A model generated the notes under the pieces. The model was not told the origin of the DNA, did no database searches, and saw nothing but the letters and a program-made list of their open reading frames with translations. Below, piece after piece: positions 8,612-16,738 of a stretch of DNA of 32,000 bases. How positions within the stretch are numbered: position 1 is the first letter of the stretch; each line of letters starts with the position of its first letter. The translations under genes were made by a program, and so were the position numbers. The DNA is from Candidatus Jordarchaeales archaeon (GTDB lineage: Archaea > Asgardarchaeota > Jordiarchaeia > Jordiarchaeales > Freyrarchaeaceae). The stretch lies in contig JAWAHN010000002.1 of the NCBI GenBank assembly GCA_038889235.1, positions 44,356-76,355 of the forward strand, given 5' to 3'.

Positions 8612-8770
8612 TTAACCCCATGTCTCGCCACACTTCTTACACTTCCACACTTTCTTGTAGATTGGTTGTCCTCCGACATAGCTGAGTGGTTTGCTTTTAT
8701 CCTCAACCTGTTTCACATCAATACTGCCGCACTTAGGGCATTTTACGCGCGAAGGAGTTACCTCACTCAT
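8612..8770 (-). CDS. 52-aa Zn-ribbon microprotein (not in ORF track)
   Basis: MSEVTPSRVKCPKCGSIDVKQVEDKSKPLSYVGGQPIYKKVWKCKKCGETWG; GGGGAGG SD 6 nt upstream; ends 12 nt before the DedA gene. Confidence 0.85.
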   Translation of the reverse strand: MSEVTPSRVKCPKCGSIDVKQVEDKSKPLSYVGGQPIYKKVWKCKKCGETWG

Positions 8771-9016
8771 GATAATCCTCCCCTTAAAAGGTTTCTTTTA
8801 CCTTTTTTGTTTCTTTCCTTATTTAATTTTTTCTTTCTTCTCCTTTCAGAAAAATTGAATCTCTCAACTAGAAGGCGAAGTCTGGTGCGCAAAGCTTTTG
8901 AGTTAAACGAAAAATAGTGGAAAATCTGTCCATGAACTCGAGAGACAGAAGGTATATTTAGTACTGTTGATAGTTCTTGTTTACTCGAAGAATGGGTAGC
9001 TTTGGAGGCTTAAATT

Positions 9017-9526
9017 TTGCAAGAGAAGACTGTCGTTATTAGAGAAGCACGCCACGACGACTTACTAAGAGTGGTTGAAATTAACAGGATTTGCCTTCCT
9101 GAAAACTACCCCTACTACTTCTTCCAACACTTGCTTGAAAGTTACCCGGAGTGTTTCATTGTCGCCGAGGTCGACGGAGAAATCGTAGGGTACATAATGA
9201 ACAGAATTGAGAGGGGTTTGTCCTCCCTAAACCCATCACCTTTCAGGATCGTGAAAAAGGGGCATGTTGTTTCCATAGCCGTGATGCCCGACTATAGAAG
9301 AAGGGGCATAGGTAGAATGCTCTTAGAACGCGGTCTTCAGGCGATGCGAAAATATGGGGCAGAAGAGGCGGTACTAGAAGTCAGGGTCTCTAACGAGCCT
9401 GCTATAAGTCTTTATAAGAAGATAGGTTTCGTTGTGGTAAAAACCATTAAGGGATACTACCACGACGGAGAAGACGCCTATCTCATGTGCAAGAAGCTTG
9501 TTGAAGAGTCGGAGCAAACAGGCTAA
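9017..9526 (+). CDS. ard1: N-terminal acetyltransferase (Ard1/RimI GNAT)
   Basis: LPENYPYYFF, GYIMNRIE, GHVVSIAV...RRRGIG, LEVRVSN, YYHDGEDA. Confidence 0.92.
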   Translation: MQEKTVVIREARHDDLLRVVEINRICLPENYPYYFFQHLLESYPECFIVAEVDGEIVGYIMNRIERGLSSLNPSPFRIVKKGHVVSIAVMPDYRRRGIGRMLLERGLQAMRKYGAEEAVLEVRVSNEPAISLYKKIGFVVVKTIKGYYHDGEDAYLMCKKLVEESEQTG

Positions 9527-9613
9527 AAGGAACCCCTAGGTCTTCGGGATCTTTTTCGCCGCGCTCCATTTTTCAAATCTTCCTAGTACTTGTAGGGGTA
9601 GGAGGGGATACCC

Positions 9614-10750
9614 ATCTTCCCTTGGAGAAAGCCTGCTAGATGTGTTGTTTGCGGCAAGGAAAGCCCCTTAATCTCTGCTAATCTCACAGTGTGCGGTCCC
9701 TGCCTGAAGGAAAGGGCTGAAGACGCCCTCCCTGTAATTATGAAGGTTCACGCTGAAAGTCGAAGTCGCTTTGGTTTACCCTCCCTTCCCCCGAGAGAAA
9801 AGAGTGGGGTTAAATGTCACCTCTGCGTTAACGAGTGCAGCATCCCTCAAGGGGGGCGGGGGTTCTGTGGTCTAGTCGAGAACAAAGATAAGCGGCTTGT
9901 TAGGCTTAGAGGAACCCCTTCAAGGGGCCTATTGGAGTGGTATTATGACCCACTTCCGACAAACTGTGTGGCAGCGTGGGTTTGCCCGGGATGCACGGGG
10001 GCGGGATTTCCGAAGTACTCTTATAGTCCTAGAGCCGAGTATGGTTATTTCAACTTAGCAGTCTTCTACGCGGCGTGCTCATATGACTGTCTCTTTTGTC
10101 AGAACTGGACTTTCAGAGAACATGCTAGAAGCCTTAAACCCGTAGTGAGCTCGTGGGATCTAGCAGGCAAGTGTAATGACAAGGTTTCCTGCATCTGCTA
10201 TTTCGGAGGGGACCCGGCAGTTCAAATGGCTCACTCAATTAAGACTAGTGAGCTGGCTGTAAGAATGGCAGAAGAGCGGGGACTTATAATGAGAGTGTGC
10301 TGGGAGACGAATGGAACCATGAGTTGGCCCCTCCTGAAGAAAGCCGCGTCACTGGCATACGAGACGGGGGGATGCATAAAGTTTGACCTGAAAGCCTGGA
10401 CTGAGACGCTAAACATCGCCCTCTGCGGGGCGACAAACAAGCGTACGCTCGACAACTTCTCAAGACTAAAAGTTTTTCTAAGAAAATCACCTGACCCCCC
10501 TTTCCTAGTGGCAAGCACGCTCCTTATACCTGGATACATAGATGTTGAAGAAGTCCGCTGCATAGCTGGCTTCATAGCGGACGTGGACCCAGAAATACCA
10601 TACTCTCTGCTCGCCTTTTATCCTCAATATGTCATGGATGATCTGCCGACAACAAGCAGGAAGCTTGCACTGGAATGCGCCGCCGCCGCAAAGAAGGAAG
10701 GACTAGTCAATGTAAACATAGGAAATGTCCACTTGCTCGCAAACTACTAG
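9614..10750 (+). CDS. Radical SAM protein, PflA/AmmeMemoRadiSam-like
   Basis: CSYDCLFCQNW (CxxxCxxC); N-terminal CHLCVNECSIPQGGRGFC. The frame extends upstream of GTG 9689 to include CVVCGK; start is uncertain. Confidence 0.8.
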   Translation: MFPWRKPARCVVCGKESPLISANLTVCGPCLKERAEDALPVIMKVHAESRSRFGLPSLPPREKSGVKCHLCVNECSIPQGGRGFCGLVENKDKRLVRLRGTPSRGLLEWYYDPLPTNCVAAWVCPGCTGAGFPKYSYSPRAEYGYFNLAVFYAACSYDCLFCQNWTFREHARSLKPVVSSWDLAGKCNDKVSCICYFGGDPAVQMAHSIKTSELAVRMAEERGLIMRVCWETNGTMSWPLLKKAASLAYETGGCIKFDLKAWTETLNIALCGATNKRTLDNFSRLKVFLRKSPDPPFLVASTLLIPGYIDVEEVRCIAGFIADVDPEIPYSLLAFYPQYVMDDLPTTSRKLALECAAAAKKEGLVNVNIGNVHLLANY

Positions 10751-10764
10751 CCGGGTGAGCTCTC

Positions 10765-12219
10765 TTGAAGAAAAAGGATTGGATGGAAGCTTACAGCCGC
10801 AGCCTAGAAGCCGTCACCCGAATAGGTGAAAAACTTGAGTTCATAATTGGGTTTAACGTCAACATAGACGCGGTCAGGCACGTTGACAAGAGCGTCATCG
10901 AAAAACTGGCTTCAAGCGCGTCACTAAGTAAGGTTCTCGGTAAGATCTCAGATCCCCCGCTCAGAGTTGAATCCTTGGAAGACTTTTTGGCTGGATTACT
11001 CGTCTGCATAAGGGATGGAATCGGGGAAGAGTGGATCATAACAAACGAGCGTGTCTCGGCGGAACTTGAAAGGCTGCTTGGATGGGATGAAAGACGCATG
11101 GGGGGCCAGGGAGGCAATATGAGTAATGTGCTCGCCAGACTCGGACACAGAGTGGTGGTGAACGCTCCTTCACTCCCGAAGCAGCAAGCTGAGCTCTTTC
11201 ACAGCGAAAACATAGCGATACCGGTCCCCACGAGTGGGGGGATAGTTTTCAAGCATCCACGTGAAGCGGTAAGGCCCGGAGACACCCCCCTGATACACTG
11301 GATTTCTGAGTTCAAGAAGGGTTTCAGCGTAAAGTTGGGTGATTTGTTCATCGAAGCCCCTCGGGATAACAGGTTCATAGCCTCCTTCGACGACGTGAAC
11401 ACACGCCTCCTTCTCGCACCCGGATTTCGGGAGGGAAGCGTCATGAAAGCCGAGGATGCTGCGGCCGCCATAGTCTCAGGCTACCACTTACTCAGAGAAA
11501 CATATCCCACCGGTGAAACGTGTGAAAGCGTGATCAAACAAGTGAGGGAACTGATTAGCGAGTGGAAAAAAGTTAACCCGGAGCTACTTATCCACGCAGA
11601 AATGGGGTTTACCAGTAGCTGCAGAGTAAGGAAGGCTATACTCGACGCAGTTTTCCCACGTGTGGATTCAGTGGGCTTCAACGAGGTGGAACTTCGAATG
11701 TTCAACTCACCTGACCACACCACTTTCCCGGCATCATATTCTGCACCAGAACTTTACCTCGAAGCAAAGAGCGTGCTCGAAAAACATAACCTAAAAAGGG
11801 TTTTCGTACATACTAGGGAATACTCTATGAGCATCCTGAAACAAGAGTATGGGGTTAACCTGGAAGAAGAGCTCGCATCCCTCCTCTTCGGCGCGTTGAT
11901 CGCAGCCACACTAGCTTCCACAGGGACGCCAACACTCAGCTCGGCGAGAGAAATACTAAGAAGCAAAGAGCTTACCGTCTGCGAAGACGGCATAAGGGAA
12001 CATGAAAAACTGGCATTGCTCTTGGACTCTGAAGGCGAATGCGGCTACGAGTCGTTCCTAGAGCTTGGATTTGCTGAAGGGGACCCGGGAGTCGTATTTA
12101 TCCCTTCACTTATCTCGAAAAGGGTCAAAGCAACAGTTGGTCTCGGCGATGCCATCTGCTCCGCAACACTTGCCGGAGAAAGTCTCTTAAGAAGAAGTTC
12201 TAAACTACGCAGCCATTAA
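10765..12219 (+). CDS. ADP-dependent glucokinase/phosphofructokinase
   Basis: GFNVNIDAV, RMGGQGG, DSVGFNEVEL and TVGLGD motifs; GGGTGAG SD before TTG. Confidence 0.92.
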   Translation: MKKKDWMEAYSRSLEAVTRIGEKLEFIIGFNVNIDAVRHVDKSVIEKLASSASLSKVLGKISDPPLRVESLEDFLAGLLVCIRDGIGEEWIITNERVSAELERLLGWDERRMGGQGGNMSNVLARLGHRVVVNAPSLPKQQAELFHSENIAIPVPTSGGIVFKHPREAVRPGDTPLIHWISEFKKGFSVKLGDLFIEAPRDNRFIASFDDVNTRLLLAPGFREGSVMKAEDAAAAIVSGYHLLRETYPTGETCESVIKQVRELISEWKKVNPELLIHAEMGFTSSCRVRKAILDAVFPRVDSVGFNEVELRMFNSPDHTTFPASYSAPELYLEAKSVLEKHNLKRVFVHTREYSMSILKQEYGVNLEEELASLLFGALIAATLASTGTPTLSSAREILRSKELTVCEDGIREHEKLALLLDSEGECGYESFLELGFAEGDPGVVFIPSLISKRVKATVGLGDAICSATLAGESLLRRSSKLRSH

Positions 12220-12268
12220 AAACATACGTGAACTGCGGTCTTCATAAATTGAAGAAGTCTTTATGCGG

Positions 12269-13027
12269 TCAACTTAGGTATACTGGCTGCTCATTGTTTT
12301 GAAAACTTGCAAGCCCGCATCTAACCCTAAAGGCCTCTAAATCCACACTCAGCATGAACTTGTTAAAGAGAAGCTCGGCTAGGACGTAGGACGCCCTCGC
12401 GTCCCTTTCGAGGACACTTAATGTTTCTGAAAGAAAAATCAGTCCACTAATACCGTAAAGGTTGTTCGCGAAACATGGAATAAGCCCGTTCATCCCTATT
12501 ACAACCCCGCTTTTAAGAACTTCAACGCCTTTCAACAGCTCACCGTACTCCTTAAGAACGTTGGCGTTTGTAGCAGCTGCAAATATCCGTGGTTTGCTCT
12601 TCACTCTATCCGTGGGCATAGCTCCCAGCGACAAGATCATTTTAACCTTTAAGTCGTGCAGCAGACTAGCTATGTGTTTCGAGAGAATGTTGGCACCTAT
12701 ATTAGACGTCGGTTGAACGTCACCAGTCAAGAGGAAAACATGTCTATCAGCTCTCTTATCCCAGTACAAGTATATCTCGCTCCTCAACGCCTTTACCCGT
12801 CCTGCGTCGTCAACAGAGACGTGCGATGGAAAATCCGAGAAGTATATTTGAAGCACCTTTACAGCACCGTTGTGCTCAATCAGGAAGTCGACCACTCCTT
12901 TTCCGACGTTTGCTATTCCAGGCATTCCCTGAATACAAATGGCTTTTTCAACGTTCTTCAGCTCATCCTCCATTAGCAGCTCGCTCTTAACAGTTAGCAC
13001 GTTAAATTTGCTAACCTCCATGTTCAA
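12269..13027 (-). CDS. PAC2-family proteasome assembly chaperone
   Basis: GMPGIANVGK, LTGDVQP, LSLGA, IGMNGLI motifs. Start probably near TTG 13027 after GGTGAGG; the ORF track extends to 13111. Confidence 0.85.
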   Translation of the reverse strand: MNMEVSKFNVLTVKSELLMEDELKNVEKAICIQGMPGIANVGKGVVDFLIEHNGAVKVLQIYFSDFPSHVSVDDAGRVKALRSEIYLYWDKRADRHVFLLTGDVQPTSNIGANILSKHIASLLHDLKVKMILSLGAMPTDRVKSKPRIFAAATNANVLKEYGELLKGVEVLKSGVVIGMNGLIPCFANNLYGISGLIFLSETLSVLERDARASYVLAELLFNKFMLSVDLEAFRVRCGLASFQNNEQPVYLS

Positions 13028-13148
13028 TGGCAAAGCCTCACCTTCCTCCCACACAGAAAAGTGCTCCTCTGAAAGCCGACCCAAATGATCGCGCTCGGAA
13101 GTAAAAAACATATCTATTATCTAGGTTAGCTTCCTCTAGGTGGGTTGA

Positions 13149-13754
13149 TTGAAAAAACTCAAACGTGGACTATTAATAGTATTCGAAGGGATAGACGGTG
13201 CCGGAAAAACCACTCACGCCAAACTACTCGCAGAGTGGTTGAGCGAAAAAGGATACGAAGTGCATCTGACGAAGGAACCAACAAACGGAGAAATAGGGGC
13301 AATGCTTCGCAGACAACTAGCGGAAAAGGTTTTCCACCCAGCTACGTTGGCCCTCCTCTTTGCGGCGGATAGGGTTGAACACACTGAGAAGGAGATAAAA
13401 CCAATGATTGAGGCAGGGAAAATCGTGGTTTCAGACCGCTACCTGGAATCGTCCATCTGCTACCAGGCAGCATCAGGTTTAAGCGTGGAATGGATTGAGA
13501 ACATAAACAGGTGGGCGCTAAAAGCGGACTTAACGATTCTACTGGATATTGACGTTCAAACAGCTATAAGCCGTCTGGGAAATAAGTCAAGGGACAAGTT
13601 TGAAGAGGAAGAATTCCTTGTGAAGGTTAGAGAAATATACCTTAAAAGAGCTAAACGCAAGGGTTACCATGTGATTGACGCCACCCCTCCAATAGGAGAG
13701 GTGCAAGCAAAGATAAGGAAAACTGTGGGTTCGTTCATCGAGCGCATCAAATGA
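13149..13754 (+). CDS. tmk: Thymidylate kinase
   Basis: FEGIDGAGKTT, LFAADR and SDRYLES motifs. Confidence 0.96.
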   Translation: MKKLKRGLLIVFEGIDGAGKTTHAKLLAEWLSEKGYEVHLTKEPTNGEIGAMLRRQLAEKVFHPATLALLFAADRVEHTEKEIKPMIEAGKIVVSDRYLESSICYQAASGLSVEWIENINRWALKADLTILLDIDVQTAISRLGNKSRDKFEEEEFLVKVREIYLKRAKRKGYHVIDATPPIGEVQAKIRKTVGSFIERIK

Positions 13755-13790
13755 AAAGGTTTATTTCTGAGGATGATACATCAAGTGTTT

Positions 13791-13846
13791 GGCGATGAAG
13801 AATTATGTACTCCTGACTAGATGAAGAACGACAGGCGGCCTGAGCC
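13791..13846 (+). ncRNA. Box C/D guide sRNA
   Basis: GGC-g-ATGAAGA(C)-attatgtactc-CTGA(D')-ctag-ATGAAGA(C')-acgacaggcggc-CTGA(D)-GCC. Terminal GGC/GCC stem with 3-nt K-turn bulge; 11- and 12-nt guides. Confidence 0.85.
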
Positions 13847-13871
13847 TGTACTTACATGAATCCTGAGAAGC

Positions 13872-14246
13872 TTACTCTTCTTCTAACAATCTTTTGACCT
13901 CTTCAGATACGCGCTTCAAAGTCATTAGTATGAGCCCTAAGTTGGCATTGTTCCTCGCGAGAACAGTTAGCAGCGCGCTCTCCCCCGCACCCTTTATTAT
14001 TACGTACCCGTTCTCCCCCTGCAACAAGACTTGCTGCAGTCTCCCCCTAACAAGCTCAGCACTAACCTTTTCTGAAACGCTAAGTATAGCTGACGCCATA
14101 GCGGCAACAACTGCCTCATCTATCTCCTGAGGCATAGCTGATACTATTGGAAGCCCCTCAGTACTTACTATCGCGCTAGCTTCTATTCCAGGGGTGGTAG
14201 CCTCCATGTTCCTGAGCAACTCTAAAAGTTCCTCAATTTTGGTCAC
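13872..14246 (-). CDS. Roadblock/LC7 domain protein
   Basis: IEASAIVSTEGLPI, AAMASAILS, ELVRGRLQQVLLQGENG, NLGLI pattern. Confidence 0.92.
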   Translation of the reverse strand: MTKIEELLELLRNMEATTPGIEASAIVSTEGLPIVSAMPQEIDEAVVAAMASAILSVSEKVSAELVRGRLQQVLLQGENGYVIIKGAGESALLTVLARNNANLGLILMTLKRVSEEVKRLLEEE

Positions 14247-14440
14247 ACATACCCCTCTTAGATTATTCTTACTGCCTGTTTTCCGAAAAAGGTTATTTCC
14301 ACCACCAGCTTCATGGATGCTGTATCTTAAAAAGTTATCTTTCTATGTGGCAGGCAGCGAGCTTTTTGAATGGAATCATGTCGTTTCAGAATACACGTAA
14401 ACTGAAGCTCGGCTAAATAATAAGCTGGCTAGAGAGAACT

Positions 14441-14450
14441 TTTAAATATA
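14441..14450 (+). promoter_or_regulatory. TATA box upstream of map
   Basis: TTTAAATATA about 45 nt upstream of the map start. Confidence 0.45.
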
Positions 14451-14492
14451 GACTTCCTTTCTCCACCACATTAGGGTTTCAGTGGAGGTTTA

Positions 14493-15413
14493 GTGATGTC
14501 CGACGAGAAGAAGAGTGGGGATAAAGCAGAGGCGTTAGAGAAGCATCGCCAGGCAGGAAAAATTGCGAGGGAAGTTAAAAACGCAGTTAAAAGCCTAGTT
14601 AGGCCTGGAGTCAAATGCATTGAAATATGTGAAAGCGTTGAGCGGTTAATAGTGGAGAAGGGCGGAAGACCTGCTTTCCCCTGCAACGTTTCAATTAACA
14701 ACGTCGCGGCACACTACACTTCACCACCTGGAGACAGCCTAACCATAAGCGATGGTGACGTAGTTAAGGTTGACTTTGGCGTTCACGTGGACGGCTACAT
14801 TGCTGACACCGCGTTAACATTTTGCATGAACAAGGAAGCCGAAAAGCTAGTTGAAGCCGCAAGGGAAGCGCTGAAAAAAGCCCTCGAGATCATAGCCCCA
14901 AGAGTGAAAACGAACGACGTCGGGAGAGAGATAGAAGCGGTCATTAAGGAGTATGGTTACCGCCCAATACGTGACCTGTCGGGCCATATATTAGAGCAGT
15001 ACTTCCTTCACGGGGCTAAGATAATTCCAAATGTAGCTCTCCCGCACGGAGAGGTCATAGAGGAGGGAGAAGTCTACGCTGTGGAAATATTCGCATCGAA
15101 CGGGTCTGGAAGCGTGAGCGAAGCGCCCTATGCCTATATCTTCAGCCTTCAGCCGTTCCTCGCTCCTTTAAGACTCAAAGAAGCAAGAAGAATAGTAATG
15201 CTTGTTGAGGAGGAATACAAGACTTTACCTTTCGCCGAGAGATGGCTAGCGGACAAGTTTTCAAGGGGGAAGTTGAGGGTTGCTCTGAGGGAACTCGTGT
15301 CAAAGGGGGCGTTACGCCAGTACAGGGTGCTTTCCGACAGGAAAGGTAGTTACGTTGCCCAAGCGGAAGAGACCGTAATAGTTACGGATAGTGGTTGTGA
15401 AGTTATAACTTAG
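14493..15413 (+). CDS. map: Methionine aminopeptidase type II
   Basis: PAFPCNVSINNVAAHY, DFGVHVDGYIADTA, LSGH, AVE motifs and the type II insertion. Confidence 0.96.
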   Translation: MMSDEKKSGDKAEALEKHRQAGKIAREVKNAVKSLVRPGVKCIEICESVERLIVEKGGRPAFPCNVSINNVAAHYTSPPGDSLTISDGDVVKVDFGVHVDGYIADTALTFCMNKEAEKLVEAAREALKKALEIIAPRVKTNDVGREIEAVIKEYGYRPIRDLSGHILEQYFLHGAKIIPNVALPHGEVIEEGEVYAVEIFASNGSGSVSEAPYAYIFSLQPFLAPLRLKEARRIVMLVEEEYKTLPFAERWLADKFSRGKLRVALRELVSKGALRQYRVLSDRKGSYVAQAEETVIVTDSGCEVIT

Positions 15414-15421
15414 GTGGTGTC

Positions 15422-16738
15422 TTGGCTGTAGAAATAACTTTTTTGGGTGGAGCTAGGCAGGTTGGCCGCTCCTGCGTCTTCATTAAAGCGGATGGTAGGA
15501 AGATTATGTTGGACGCAGGAGTGGATGTGGGCTCCACTGAGAACGCTTTCCCCCTAGAGCCGCCGGAGCCACTAGACCTACTTATACTCACGCATGCACA
15601 CTTAGACCACGCAGGTTACACACCGTACATAGTGGCAAAATACCATGTGCCTTTGATAAGCACCCCGCCCACCCAGGACCTCTCAGAGATACTTAACATA
15701 GACTATTTGAAGCTTAGGAAAGAAGAGGCACCTTACACGTTCACCGAAATAATGAACGTTCGGAAGCACGCTGTAGACTTACTCTACAAGCAACCTGTGA
15801 ACCTTGGAAGCGGGGTTGAAGCCACCCTTCTCAGGGCTGGACACATCCTTGGAAGTGCAATGATCCGTCTTAAGACCGAAAAACACATCATTCTTTACAC
15901 TGGGGACATATGTACCAGAAATACGAGAACACAGACCATGGTCGATCTTTCAATGTGTGACGCGGACACCGTAATTATAGAGTCAACGTACTCCTCTCCG
16001 TCAGACCAGCATCCAAGTCTCCAGAAAACGGAGAGAGATTTCATTTCAGCCGTCGCGGATACCCTAAAAGGCGGCGGCATCGTCTTAATACCTGTCTTCG
16101 CCGTTGGTCGAGCTCAAGAGGTCATGCTTTGCCTTGAAGCATACATAAGAAGCGGCGTGGTGCCCGAAGCCCCAATATTCATAGATGGCATGATACGTAA
16201 AGTTAACACTATATACCGCATGTACTGGGAGCACCTAAGCGACCCGATTAAAAAGCAGATACGTTACACCAAGCAGAACCCTCTAGAATCTAGCGTGTTC
16301 ATTGATGTTGAAGAGCGAAAAGACCTGCTGAAGATGGAAGGACCCATGATAATAATCAGCACCTCCGGCATGCTGGAAGGAGGACCTATAATCTACTACT
16401 TGAAGAACTTCGGTGATGACCCAAAAAACCTGATATGCCTCACAGGGTACCAGGTTCCCGGTACGCGGGGGCGTATGCTTTACGACGGGGTGCGCGAACT
16501 GGATCTAAACGGAGAGAAAGTTAAGATCGAGGCAAAAGTGTGTTTTTTCGACTTCAGCGCCCACGCTGACTATCCCGGCTTGCTCCGCTTTCTCAGTGCC
16601 TTCAAAAAATTGAAAAGAGTGCTTTGCGTTCACGGAGAGGAGAAAAAGATTCTAAGTTTTTGCGAGAGAGTTAAATCTCTCAGAGATGTGGAGGCATACG
16701 CGCCCTCTAATGGGGAAACTGTTATACTTCAAGATTGA
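15422..16738 (+). CDS. MBL/beta-CASP ribonuclease (aCPSF-like, no KH domains)
   Basis: THAHLDH, AGHILGS, YTGD, IESTY, FSAHAD and VHGE motifs. Confidence 0.9.
   Translation: MAVEITFLGGARQVGRSCVFIKADGRKIMLDAGVDVGSTENAFPLEPPEPLDLLILTHAHLDHAGYTPYIVAKYHVPLISTPPTQDLSEILNIDYLKLRKEEAPYTFTEIMNVRKHAVDLLYKQPVNLGSGVEATLLRAGHILGSAMIRLKTEKHIILYTGDICTRNTRTQTMVDLSMCDADTVIIESTYSSPSDQHPSLQKTERDFISAVADTLKGGGIVLIPVFAVGRAQEVMLCLEAYIRSGVVPEAPIFIDGMIRKVNTIYRMYWEHLSDPIKKQIRYTKQNPLESSVFIDVEERKDLLKMEGPMIIISTSGMLEGGPIIYYLKNFGDDPKNLICLTGYQVPGTRGRMLYDGVRELDLNGEKVKIEAKVCFFDFSAHADYPGLLRFLSAFKKLKRVLCVHGEEKKILSFCERVKSLRDVEAYAPSNGETVILQD

Noticed and set aside
8666-8917. 83-aa F/L-rich plus-strand ORF
   Set aside because: Hydrophobicity comes from the T-rich tract, and it overlaps the real minus-strand Zn-ribbon gene.
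12234-12270. TGCGGTC direct repeat with TCTTCA/TGAAGA and CATAAA/TTTATG hairpins
   Set aside because: Too short. It fits a bidirectional terminator between convergent genes and has no proper C/D box spacing.
13791-13800. GGCGATG as the start of a fluoride riboswitch
   Set aside because: No complementary CGCC or downstream pseudoknot elements; fully explained by the C/D sRNA.
14359-14410. GAGCTT...AAGCTC-closed segment ending in CTGA as a second C/D sRNA
   Set aside because: No convincing C or C' box.
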